A stretch of DNA of 32,704 nt, taken from Patescibacteria group bacterium (GTDB lineage: Bacteria; Patescibacteriota; Patescibacteriia; Magasanikbacterales; UBA922). Below the pieces are notes generated by a model. The model was given only the letters and a program-made list of their open reading frames with translations. It had not been told where the DNA came from and ran no database searches. This document shows, in pieces, positions 21,585 through 30,863 of the stretch. Position 1 is the first letter of the stretch, and every line of letters starts with the position of its first letter. Made by a program: the position numbers and the translations under genes. The stretch lies in assembly GCA_038065155.1 (NCBI GenBank), contig JBBTRO010000161.1:1-32704 (forward strand). The letters run 5' to 3'.

Positions 21585-22937
21585 ATGAACCCCCTCGAAT
21601 CGATTTCCCCTATTGATGGCCGCTACCACGACAAAGTAAAAGAACTCTCGCCCTATTTCTCCGAAATGGCACTCATGAAATATCGCATGATGGTCGAGGT
21701 GGAATATTTTATTGCGCTTGGCGAAGCACCAGGGGTAAAGGAATTAAAACCACCATCGCCAAAAATCAAAAAACAGCTTCGTTCGTTTTACGAACAATTT
21801 TCCGAAAAAGACGCAGAGGCAGTAAAAAAAATTGAGGCAGTGACGAATCACGATGTCAAGGCGATTGAATACTTGATGAAAAAAAAGCTTTCAGCTATCG
21901 GCTATCAGCAATCGGCTGAGTTTGTTCATTTTGCTTTAACCAGTGAAGATACCAACAACCTCGCTTACTCACTTATGTGGCGTGATAGTCTGCAAAAGAT
22001 TATTCTTCCAGAACTCGGGACACTTCACAAAACTCTTCTTTCTTTCGCGAAACAGTACAGAGGTCAACCCATGCTGGCTTTGACCCATGGCCAACCGGCA
22101 ACACCAACAACTATCGGTAAAGAATTTGCTGTCTTTGCAGCGCGGTTAGAAAGAAAAATAGAGCGATTCAAAAATCACCAATTGCTTGGCAAACTAAATG
22201 GTGCTACAGGCACATACAGCGCCATGGTGATAGCCTATCCAAACGTTAACTGGCCGAAATTAAGTCAAAAATTTGTAGAATCACTTGGACTCATCTTTAA
22301 TCCATTGACAACACAAATTGAACCGCATGATTCTTTGGCCGAAAATTTTCGTCTCATCCAACATACTAATACAATTCTTCTGGATTTCACACGCGATGTG
22401 TGGCTCTACATTTCCCGAGGCGTTCTCGGCCAAATAAAAAAAGACGGGGAAGTAGGATCTTCTACGATGCCACATAAAATCAACCCGATTCAGTTTGAAA
22501 ACGCCGAGGGAAATTTGGGACTTGCCAACGCAATTTTTTCTCATTTGGCGGAAAAATTACCAATGTCTCGCATGCAAAGAGATCTAACAGACAGCACTGT
22601 GCTTCGCAATCTCGGTGTGCCGCTCGGTCACTCACTTTTGGCGTACAAAAGTATCTTGACCGGCATGTCGCGACTTACTATAAACAAAGAAAAGTTAAAT
22701 GAGGAACTTGAAGATCATTGGGAAGTCCTGGCCGAAGCGATCCAAACCATCTTACGCAAAGTTGGACATGAAAAACCGTATGAGAAGTTGAAGGAATTGA
22801 CGCGAGGAGAAAAGGTAACGAAAGAGGATATACGAAAGTTTATTAAAGGACTTGATATTCCAGAAGAAGAAAAAAAGAAGTTGTTAAAGCTGACACCACA
22901 GACGTATATAGGATTAGCAAGTAAACTCGTAAAATAA
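21585..22937 (+). CDS. purB: Adenylosuccinate lyase
   Basis: Contains SPIDGRY, HFALTSEDTNN and the signature loop GSSTMPHKINP. Confidence 0.95.
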   Translation: MNPLESISPIDGRYHDKVKELSPYFSEMALMKYRMMVEVEYFIALGEAPGVKELKPPSPKIKKQLRSFYEQFSEKDAEAVKKIEAVTNHDVKAIEYLMKKKLSAIGYQQSAEFVHFALTSEDTNNLAYSLMWRDSLQKIILPELGTLHKTLLSFAKQYRGQPMLALTHGQPATPTTIGKEFAVFAARLERKIERFKNHQLLGKLNGATGTYSAMVIAYPNVNWPKLSQKFVESLGLIFNPLTTQIEPHDSLAENFRLIQHTNTILLDFTRDVWLYISRGVLGQIKKDGEVGSSTMPHKINPIQFENAEGNLGLANAIFSHLAEKLPMSRMQRDLTDSTVLRNLGVPLGHSLLAYKSILTGMSRLTINKEKLNEELEDHWEVLAEAIQTILRKVGHEKPYEKLKELTRGEKVTKEDIRKFIKGLDIPEEEKKKLLKLTPQTYIGLASKLVK

Positions 22938-23036
22938 ATTTTCAATTTTAAAATAAAATTCTCCTATTTAATTGATTACTAACTTTTCTTGAAGTCACCA
23001 AAGCGGTCAATTCAATAAACGAATTAGGATTCTTCC

Positions 23037-23078
23037 CTCGTCGAGACCCTACCCTAACCCTCCCCTACGAGGGGAGGG
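23037..23078 (-). repeat. Palindromic repeat family copy g (intergenic purB-purF, reverse orientation)
   Basis: The reverse complement reads CCCTCCCCTCGTAGGGGAGGGTTAGGGTAGGGTCTCGACGAG. Confidence 0.85.
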
Positions 23079-23115
23079 GAAATAAAAAACTTGAAAACTG
23101 AAAACTTTCAATCGT

Positions 23116-24585
23116 ATGTGCGGAATAATCGGAATATTTAGTCACAAACCCGTTGCGACCGAAATCTACGACGGCTTGATTCACCTCCAGCACCGCGGCC
23201 AAGACGCGGCCGGTATTTTGACGTACAATGGCGGATTCCACCTGAAAAAAGGAGCTGGACTGGTTCGTGATGTGTTTGACCAATATAACATGGAGCTTTT
23301 GGATGGCAACTGGGGCCTAGGCCATACTCGCTATCCAACAGCTGGCTCCAAACACGGCGCCGAAAACGCACAACCTTTTACGATTTCTTCACCCTATGGC
23401 ATTGCCATGATCCACAATGGGGATCTTACGAACTACAAAGAACTTAAAGAGGAACTGATGGTAAAAGATCGACGTCACTGCAATTCTTCCTCTGATCTCG
23501 AAGTGATCATGCATGTCTTTGCGGCTAAGTTAACTGAGTTATCGGAATCCAATGATTTTTTTGAAAACATTTGCACCGCGGTTGAATCGGTCTTTGAACG
23601 CACCCGGGGAGCGTATTCCGTTCTTGGTATTATTGCAGGCAAAGGGATGATTGCGTTTCGTGATCCACACGGTATTCGTCCATTTGTCTGCGGCACCCGG
23701 CGCAATAGTGATGGAACAGTCGATTATATTTTTTCTTCGGAAAATACCATGTATTACCCGCTTGGCTTTAAATATGAAGGCAATGTACAGCCCGGTGAAA
23801 TAATTTTTATTAATACCAAGGGTGAGATGCAGAGTCGAGTCATCAGGAAAGAACTTTTTACCCCGTGTATTTTTGAATATGTCTACTTGGCTCGGCCAGA
23901 CTCGATGATTAACCAAGTCAGTGTGTACCGAGCACGACTGCGCATGGGACAAAATCTGGCAAAGCGTTGGAAAGAAAAATACCCAGATATTATTCCGGAT
24001 ATTGTTATCCCGATCCCCTTTTCTTCAAATACTGCCGCACTCTCGATGGCCCACGAACTTGGCGTGCGCTATTCCGAAGGTTTGTACAAGAATCCTTTCA
24101 TTGGCCGTACCTTTATTATGCCCGGACAAGCGAAACGAAAAAAATCAATTTTACAGAAATTATCGCCACAAGAAACAGAGATTCGCGGTAAAGATGTCCT
24201 ACTTGTAGACGATTCTATTGTGCGGGGCAATACCAGCCAGGAAGTGGTAAAGTTGGTCCGCAACGCTGGCGCCAAAAAAGTTTACTTCGCCTCGGCGTGT
24301 ACGCCGGTCAAATTCCCGGATTTTTACGGAATCGATCTCCCGACCCGAGCCGAACTTATCGCCGCGCACAAAACTGAAGATGAAATTCGTGAATTTATCG
24401 GTGCCGATATCCTTTTGTACCAAAACATTCCTGACCTGGTCGAAGCCGTTACCCGCCGCGGTGAACATAACATTGACCGTCCGTCTATGCCGTATCTTGA
24501 TGGCTGGTATGTGACGGGAGATATTGATGAAAAAAGGATGGGAATGTTGGAAGAAGAAAAAGGTACTGTTGCTCATGCCTGTTAA
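23116..24585 (+). CDS. purF: Amidophosphoribosyltransferase
   Basis: Has the N-terminal MCGIIGIF nucleophile, HRGQDAAGI, and the PRTase loop VLLVDDSIVRGNTS. Confidence 0.95.
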   Translation: MCGIIGIFSHKPVATEIYDGLIHLQHRGQDAAGILTYNGGFHLKKGAGLVRDVFDQYNMELLDGNWGLGHTRYPTAGSKHGAENAQPFTISSPYGIAMIHNGDLTNYKELKEELMVKDRRHCNSSSDLEVIMHVFAAKLTELSESNDFFENICTAVESVFERTRGAYSVLGIIAGKGMIAFRDPHGIRPFVCGTRRNSDGTVDYIFSSENTMYYPLGFKYEGNVQPGEIIFINTKGEMQSRVIRKELFTPCIFEYVYLARPDSMINQVSVYRARLRMGQNLAKRWKEKYPDIIPDIVIPIPFSSNTAALSMAHELGVRYSEGLYKNPFIGRTFIMPGQAKRKKSILQKLSPQETEIRGKDVLLVDDSIVRGNTSQEVVKLVRNAGAKKVYFASACTPVKFPDFYGIDLPTRAELIAAHKTEDEIREFIGADILLYQNIPDLVEAVTRRGEHNIDRPSMPYLDGWYVTGDIDEKRMGMLEEEKGTVAHAC

Positions 24586-24604
24586 ATTGAAGCTGGAGAA
24601 TGTT

Positions 24605-25924
24605 ATGAATATCCTTCTTATCGGATCTGGCGCTCGTGAACACGCCATTGCCAGAGCGATTAAGCGATCAAAAAATAAGACCAATCTTTTTTGTTTTGGC
24701 TCGAACATTAATCCTGGCATTAAGGAACTCTGCGCTAAATATACAGTAGATAGAGTAACTGATGTTTCAGTTATTGTTTCATTAGCTCAAGAAAAAAAAA
24801 TTGATTGGTGTATCGTCGGGCCGGAGAATCCCCTCGAAGCTGGAGTAGCTGATGCTCTACAAAACATTGGTATCGCCAGTATTGGACCAACCAAAAAATT
24901 GGCGCAACTTGAGACGAGTAAATCGTTCACACGCGATCTTTTGACTGAATACAATATACAGGCTTGCCCAAAGTATAAATTTTTTACTTCTATGGTGGGA
25001 GTAGAAAATTTTATTGAATCTTTGGACGGAAATTATGTGGTGAAGTGCGACAGCCTCATGGGCGGAAAAGGCGTAAAGGTATCAGGCGACCACCTGGCTA
25101 CCATTGAAGAAGGGCTCGAGTGGTGCGAAGAGTTAATACAGCAGGATAAAACGTTTCTTATCGAAGAAAAACTTATCGGTCAGGAATTTTCCCTCATGAG
25201 TTTTTCTGATGGCACACACTTAGCCCACATGCCCGTCGTGCAAGATCATAAACGAGCTTTCGTGGGTGATACTGGTCCAAATACCGGCGGGATGGGAAGT
25301 TATTCGGATAGTAACCATTCACTCCCCTTCCTTACCGACGACGATACCCAAACGGCACAAGCGATAAACCAAGCAACCATTGCGGCTCTGAGGGATAAAT
25401 TTAGCGAAGGCTATAAGGGTATTCTTTATGGCGGCTTTATGGCCACAAAAGATGGGGTGAAACTTATTGAGTATAACGCTCGCTTTGGTGATCCGGAATG
25501 TATGAATGTTATCGCAATTTTGGAATCAGATTTTGTGGAACTTTGCCAGGCAATTATGAGCGGTAATCTCACGGAGGACCATGCTAGTTTTGTTCACAAA
25601 GCTACAGTATGTAAATACGCTGTGCCGGAAGGATATCCGGATGCTCCAATAAAAAATCAAAAAATTGATGTGGCAAATGTGCAAAATAAGGAACAATTAT
25701 ATTTTGCCGCGGTTGATGAGCGAGAAAATGGACTGTACGAGACCGGATCACGCACAGTGGCGGTCGTTGGTATTGCCGATACCATTGCCGAAGCGGAAAA
25801 AATAGCAGAAGACGAAATTCAGCGAGTACAAGGACCGCTGTTTCATCGGGAAGATATTGGCACCGCAGAGCTTGTTAAAAAGAGAGTGGAGATGATAAGA
25901 CAATTGAAAAATCCTAAATCCTAA
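24605..25924 (+). CDS. purD: Phosphoribosylamine-glycine ligase
   Basis: Starts MNILLIGSGAREHAIA and has an ATP-grasp core (GPNTGGMGSY, IEYNARFGDPE). The ATG at 24605 is preceded by GGAGAA. Confidence 0.93.
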   Translation: MNILLIGSGAREHAIARAIKRSKNKTNLFCFGSNINPGIKELCAKYTVDRVTDVSVIVSLAQEKKIDWCIVGPENPLEAGVADALQNIGIASIGPTKKLAQLETSKSFTRDLLTEYNIQACPKYKFFTSMVGVENFIESLDGNYVVKCDSLMGGKGVKVSGDHLATIEEGLEWCEELIQQDKTFLIEEKLIGQEFSLMSFSDGTHLAHMPVVQDHKRAFVGDTGPNTGGMGSYSDSNHSLPFLTDDDTQTAQAINQATIAALRDKFSEGYKGILYGGFMATKDGVKLIEYNARFGDPECMNVIAILESDFVELCQAIMSGNLTEDHASFVHKATVCKYAVPEGYPDAPIKNQKIDVANVQNKEQLYFAAVDERENGLYETGSRTVAVVGIADTIAEAEKIAEDEIQRVQGPLFHREDIGTAELVKKRVEMIRQLKNPKS

Positions 25925-25930
25925 ATCCAG

Positions 25931-26527
25931 ATGACAAATCAAATCCAAAATCCTAAGCTAAAAATTGCTGTGCTAGGCTCTACCCGCGGCACAGATATGC
26001 AGGCCATCATCGATGCGATTAAAAATGGTGATCTTGAAGCATCTGTTGAAGTTGTTATCAGTAACAAACCAGACGCTTATATTTTGGAGCGGGCAAAAAA
26101 TCATGGTTTAGATACCATTTTCATTGATTCAGCAGGCAAAACACGAGAACAGTTTGACTTTGAGGTGATGGAAATGCTTGATAAAAAGAAAATTGATCTC
26201 GTGCTCCTTATTGGCTACATGAGATTTATTTCCAAATCCTTTGTCGACAAATGGCGCGGCAAAGTCATGAACGTCCACCCGTCGCTTCTTCCTGCTTTTG
26301 CCGGCGGTATGGACAAAAATGTGCATCAAGCCGTTCTTGATGCCGGAGTAAAAGAAACCGGCTGTACGGTTCATTTTGTCGACGAAGGAGCTGATACCGG
26401 TGAAATTATTGTGCAAAAAAAGTGTACGGTTGATCCGGGTGAGACTGTAGAAACGCTTAAGGCTAAGGTTCAAAAATTAGAGGGTGAAGCGTTAGTTGAG
26501 GCGGTACAGAAATTTCATGTAACATGA
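25931..26527 (+). CDS. purN: GAR formyltransferase
   Basis: Contains IAVLGSTRGT, MNVHPSLLPAFAG and HFVDEGADTGEII. Confidence 0.92.
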   Translation: MTNQIQNPKLKIAVLGSTRGTDMQAIIDAIKNGDLEASVEVVISNKPDAYILERAKNHGLDTIFIDSAGKTREQFDFEVMEMLDKKKIDLVLLIGYMRFISKSFVDKWRGKVMNVHPSLLPAFAGGMDKNVHQAVLDAGVKETGCTVHFVDEGADTGEIIVQKKCTVDPGETVETLKAKVQKLEGEALVEAVQKFHVT

Positions 26528-26554
26528 AGCACGTAACATGTAACAACTTTGTAT

Positions 26555-27370
26555 ATGAAAAATAAACTTTCAATCATTAGCCTCACCAGCGACTTTGGTG
26601 TCCAAAGCCAGGGAGTCGGTATTATGGAAGGAGTAATCGCTGGCATTAACCCAAAAGCGCGAGTGATCCATCTCATGCACGGATTGCCTGATTTCGACAT
26701 TCGCTCCGGCGCCAGAACCATGGAAACAGTGATCAATTTGCCGATTGGCATACACGTCTGCGTCGTTGACCCAGGCGTCGGCACAAAACGCCTGGCGCTC
26801 ATTATCCAAACGAAACGTGGAGATTATTTGGTCGGTCCTGACAACGGCGTTCTTCTTCCGGCCACCAACCTTCTTGGCGGAATAAAAATGGTAGTCAAAA
26901 TAACCAACCAGAAATTCATGCGCCACCCAGTTTCGCCTATTTTCCACGGACGAGACATTTTTTCGCCAGCAGCAGCCCATTTGTCCAAAGGCGTCGAAAT
27001 AAAAAAATTTGGGCCAACCATTGATCCGACATCTCTTGTCCGTGCACCCTATTCCGAGGCGACTATTGAAGAGAACAAAATTGTTGCTCAAGTCATCCAC
27101 ATCAATAAATACGGCTCTTTGCATTTGAACATTTTAAATACTCAATGGGATAAATTTTCAGTTGAGAGGAATAATGTGGTACGATTGAGTTTTGGCAATG
27201 GCCAAAAACTAGACGTACCGTTTGTGACAACCTTTGGAGAAGCCAAGGAGAACGCGCCACTTATTCTCAAAGATGATTATGGTCGAGTTGAAGTTGCCAT
27301 AAACATGGAAAATTTTTCTTTTATTCATAAAATTAAAATCGGTGATACCTGCATTATTGAAAAAATATGA
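26555..27370 (+). CDS. DUF62-family SAM hydrolase (SAM hydroxide adenosyltransferase-like)
   Basis: Contains LTSDFG...GVGIMEGVI, CVVDPGVGTKR, GPDNGVL and FHGRDIF. The ATG at 26555 is used. The stop overlaps the purH start (ATGA at 27367-27370). Confidence 0.8.
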   Translation: MKNKLSIISLTSDFGVQSQGVGIMEGVIAGINPKARVIHLMHGLPDFDIRSGARTMETVINLPIGIHVCVVDPGVGTKRLALIIQTKRGDYLVGPDNGVLLPATNLLGGIKMVVKITNQKFMRHPVSPIFHGRDIFSPAAAHLSKGVEIKKFGPTIDPTSLVRAPYSEATIEENKIVAQVIHINKYGSLHLNILNTQWDKFSVERNNVVRLSFGNGQKLDVPFVTTFGEAKENAPLILKDDYGRVEVAINMENFSFIHKIKIGDTCIIEKI

Positions 27371-28938
27371 ACCAAACAACTACACTCATCAAACGCGCAC
27401 TCATTTCCGTCTCCAACAAAACCGGCATTGTGGAGTTTGCCAAAGGATTACACGGGCTTGGAGTAGAAATTATTTCCACGGGAGGAACAAAAAAGGCTTT
27501 ACTTGAAGCAGGAATTCCTGCTCGAGATATTTCTGATTACACCGGATTCCCCGAAATGATGGACGGACGAGTAAAGACGCTCCACCCCAAAGTCCATGGG
27601 GGGATCTTAGGTCTTCGTGATACTCACAAAGAGGTAGCGGAAACTCATGGTATTCAATGGATTGATTTAGTTATTTGTAATCTGTACCCCTTCTCCGAAA
27701 CAATCCAAAAACCAGGCGCCACCGAAGACGAAGCGATTGAGAATATTGACATTGGCGGACCGACCATGATCCGAAGCGCGGCGAAAAATGTGGGGTGGGT
27801 GGGAGTCGTTGTTGACCCGTCGGATTATGCCGCTCTTTTGGATGAATTAAAGCAGGGTGGACTATCATACGAAACTCGAAAACGTTTGGCGATCAAGGCA
27901 TTTGGGCATACGGCACAGTATGATGCAATTATTCATAATTATTTTACAGATTTGTCATCTCGAGCGAAGCGAAGCGAAGTCGAGAGATCTGGGCTGACAG
28001 AGGTGCTTAATCTCACCTACACAAAACTTTTCGACCTTCGCTACGGCGAAAACCCACATCAACTAGCCGCTGTGTATACAGAACCAAACAACAAAGGAAG
28101 CAACATTCTGAATGCAAAAATTTTGCAAGGCAAACAATTGTCCTACAACAACATCAACGATGCCGATGGCGCCTTGTCACTACTTAAGGAATTTACTGAC
28201 CCGGCCTGCGTGATTGTTAAACACGCCAATCCATGTGGTGTGGCTGTCGGGGACAATCTACCTGAAGTGTTTGAGCGAGCGTACCAGGCTGACCCCTTGT
28301 CTGCCTTTGGCGGCATTATTGCTTTGAACCGCCCGTGTACCAAAGATATTGCTGAAGCAATCAATAAATTCTTTGTTGAAATTGTAATTGCCACCACATT
28401 TGAATCTGACGCTCTGACCGTATTCGCCCAAAAGAAAAATCTCCGCCTGTTGGAAATTAGCTCAGTGACCCCACATGAACCGCATACGGAATATAGATTT
28501 GTCGACGGCGGTCTGTTGGTGCAAGATGCGGATACGAAAAGGATTGAGACGCATGAATTGAAAACAGTCACCAAAAAACAATCGTCTCAAGCCGAAATCA
28601 AAGATATGCTATTTGCCTGGAAAGTACTCAAACACATGAAATCAAACGCGATTCTGATTGCGAGAGATAACACAACAGTTGGCGTGGGGGTGGGGCAAGT
28701 TTCACGCGTGGATGCGGTAGATATCGCAATAAAAAAAGCTGGAGTTAAACTCCAGGGCTCAATCCTTGCTTCCGATGCCTTCTTCCCCTTCCGCGACAGC
28801 ATTGATCACATCGCCAATAAAGGGATCACCGCCATTATCCAACCCGGTGGATCAGTCAAAGATGAAGAAGTCATTGCCGCGTGCGATGAACATGGCATTG
28901 CGATGGTGTTTACGGGTGTGAGGTGTTTTAAGCACTAG
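27367..28938 (+). CDS. purH: Bifunctional AICAR transformylase / IMP cyclohydrolase
   Basis: Contains [42 protein letters not shown] and QPGGSVKD. Confidence 0.95.
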   Translation: MNQTTTLIKRALISVSNKTGIVEFAKGLHGLGVEIISTGGTKKALLEAGIPARDISDYTGFPEMMDGRVKTLHPKVHGGILGLRDTHKEVAETHGIQWIDLVICNLYPFSETIQKPGATEDEAIENIDIGGPTMIRSAAKNVGWVGVVVDPSDYAALLDELKQGGLSYETRKRLAIKAFGHTAQYDAIIHNYFTDLSSRAKRSEVERSGLTEVLNLTYTKLFDLRYGENPHQLAAVYTEPNNKGSNILNAKILQGKQLSYNNINDADGALSLLKEFTDPACVIVKHANPCGVAVGDNLPEVFERAYQADPLSAFGGIIALNRPCTKDIAEAINKFFVEIVIATTFESDALTVFAQKKNLRLLEISSVTPHEPHTEYRFVDGGLLVQDADTKRIETHELKTVTKKQSSQAEIKDMLFAWKVLKHMKSNAILIARDNTTVGVGVGQVSRVDAVDIAIKKAGVKLQGSILASDAFFPFRDSIDHIANKGITAIIQPGGSVKDEEVIAACDEHGIAMVFTGVRCFKH

Positions 28939-29009
28939 CGGGAACATTGTTAATCATTTTTACTTTCAATGGGACCAAATATGCAGGCTATATTAGAGAT
29001 TTGAAATTT

Positions 29010-29318
29010 TTAGTCGCCATTAAACTTAATGTATTCATGTACGCTAATTGTTTTTAAAAATTCAATGAATTGATAAATTAAGTTTTGCGTATCTTGGCTC
29101 ACTTCATTTTTTAATTTTTCTAGCTCTGCAACTACAATTGGAATCTGGAGGGAGTTGAAAACTGTGTCTCCATATTCATCTATTGCATGTAACCATTTAT
29201 ATCTCTTTTTTGCATCAACATCCCATAAAATTTTCTTTATTAATGCAAAATTTAATTCAGAATCTTTAATCAGCTTACCATTTTTATCTTCAAGTCGACA
29301 TCCAATATGTTGAGCCAT
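29010..29318 (-). CDS. AT-rich orphan protein (102 aa)
   Basis: ATG start and a clean ORF, but very AT-rich (16/60 G+C at 29041-29100). No family recognised. Confidence 0.5.
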   Translation of the reverse strand: MAQHIGCRLEDKNGKLIKDSELNFALIKKILWDVDAKKRYKWLHAIDEYGDTVFNSLQIPIVVAELEKLKNEVSQDTQNLIYQFIEFLKTISVHEYIKFNGD

Positions 29319-29369
29319 ACACTGAATTTAAAAATACCTCACCTAACCAATCGCTAAACACTAGCCGCT

Positions 29370-30845
29370 TTACCCTTCCACACTATAGTTCGGCGCACTT
29401 TCCATTTGATCCAAATCATGCGGATGACTCTCTTTGAGGCTCGCATTGGTAATCCGAACAAACCGCGCTTTCTTTTGCAACTCTGGAATTGTCAAAGCGC
29501 CGCAGTATCCCATACCGCTTTTGAGTCCACCGGCGAGCTGATACAAAATCCGCTGTACTGGTCCTTTATACGCCACCCGACCAGAAACCCCTTCTGGGAC
29601 AAATTTCTTCTTCTCGTCCACATGAGCCTGGCCATAGCGGTCTTTACTCCCCTGCTCCATAGCCTCTAGGCTTCCCATGCCGCGGTAGACCTTGAACATC
29701 CGGCCATTCAAAAATTCTACCCGTCCGGGCGTCTCATCTGAGCCAGCAAACATATTCCCCATCATGACCGCTGAGGCGCCAGCGGCCAGGGCTTTTACAA
29801 TATCACCCGAGGAAGTGATGCCGCCATCGGCGATAATCTGTACTTTACGCTTTTGTTTATTTACGCCTTTTACCACTTCCAAAATTGCCGACAGTTGTGG
29901 CACACCAATCCCAGAAACTATACGAGTTGTACAGATACTTCCCGGTCCAATCCCCACTTTTACCGCATCAACACCAGCCGCAATGAGGGCTGCTGCGGCT
30001 TCGGCGGTAGCAATATTTCCAGCGATCACCTGAACTTGCTTTTTTGCTTTCTTGATTTCTTGAACCGCTGAAATCACACCTTTCGAATGTCCGTGCGCTG
30101 TGTCAACTACCAAGACGTCAACGCCGGCACCTATAAGTGCTTCAGCGCGCTCAATCCCAGCATTTCCTACCCCAATCGCCGCACCGACCCGTAATTGTTT
30201 CAGTTCATTTTTAACGGCCTGTTCGTATTCAATATTTTTTTCAATATCTTTGCGTGTGACGATGCTTGTAAGTTTATTTTTGGCATCAACGACGCAGAGA
30301 ACCCGTAACCGATGATCATGAATCATTTTATTCGCCTCAACGAGGCTGATGCCAGCGCGACCAAGGACCAAATCTTTCTTCGGGATCATACGCTCTCTTA
30401 CCGGAACATCCTTATGGTCTGGCATGAAGTAATCAACGTCCGAAATCAGCCCCAATAGTCTGCCTTGAGAATCCACCACCGGGACTTTCTTGTACCCATG
30501 AGCTTCACGAATTTTCACTACATTCACAATCGGATCGTCCGGTCCGACAGTCATTGGGTCTTCGATAAACCCATTTTCAAATCGCTTCACTTTCTTTACT
30601 TCTTCTACCTGTTCATCGATTGAAAGATTTTTATGAATTACGCCCAGGCCGCCAGAGAGTGCCAGCGCGATTGCCATCTTGTGCTCGGTCACAGTATCCA
30701 TGGGCGAGCTTAAAAACGGCAAATTCAAAGTAATGTCCTTTGTCAATTGAGTTTTAAGAATTGCATCCTTAGGAAGAATTTTAGAGGCTTGAGGGACGAG
30801 GAGAACGTCGTCGAAGGTGAGGGTTTGCTCAAAAGGTTTGAACAT
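29370..30845 (-). CDS. guaB: IMP dehydrogenase (with CBS pair)
   Basis: Contains LTFDDVLLVP, the CBS insert, the catalytic loop GIGPGSICTTR and GGI.SSGD. Confidence 0.95.
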   Translation of the reverse strand: MFKPFEQTLTFDDVLLVPQASKILPKDAILKTQLTKDITLNLPFLSSPMDTVTEHKMAIALALSGGLGVIHKNLSIDEQVEEVKKVKRFENGFIEDPMTVGPDDPIVNVVKIREAHGYKKVPVVDSQGRLLGLISDVDYFMPDHKDVPVRERMIPKKDLVLGRAGISLVEANKMIHDHRLRVLCVVDAKNKLTSIVTRKDIEKNIEYEQAVKNELKQLRVGAAIGVGNAGIERAEALIGAGVDVLVVDTAHGHSKGVISAVQEIKKAKKQVQVIAGNIATAEAAAALIAAGVDAVKVGIGPGSICTTRIVSGIGVPQLSAILEVVKGVNKQKRKVQIIADGGITSSGDIVKALAAGASAVMMGNMFAGSDETPGRVEFLNGRMFKVYRGMGSLEAMEQGSKDRYGQAHVDEKKKFVPEGVSGRVAYKGPVQRILYQLAGGLKSGMGYCGALTIPELQKKARFVRITNASLKESHPHDLDQMESAPNYSVEG

Positions 30846-30863
30846 AATCCTTAATTTCCTCGA

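Noticed and set aside
1911-23078. The possibility that the 7 palindromic repeats are a CRISPR array or its remnants.
   Set aside because: The copies are kilobases apart, in both orientations, and four are inside conserved CDSs. There is no regular repeat-spacer periodicity and no cas genes.
24199-24720. A 173-aa minus-strand ORF across the purF/purD boundary, and similar long antisense ORFs (e.g. 26570-27124, 17662-18084, 1442-1948).
   Set aside because: They are entirely antisense to strongly supported conserved genes. They have no start signals and no recognisable domains.
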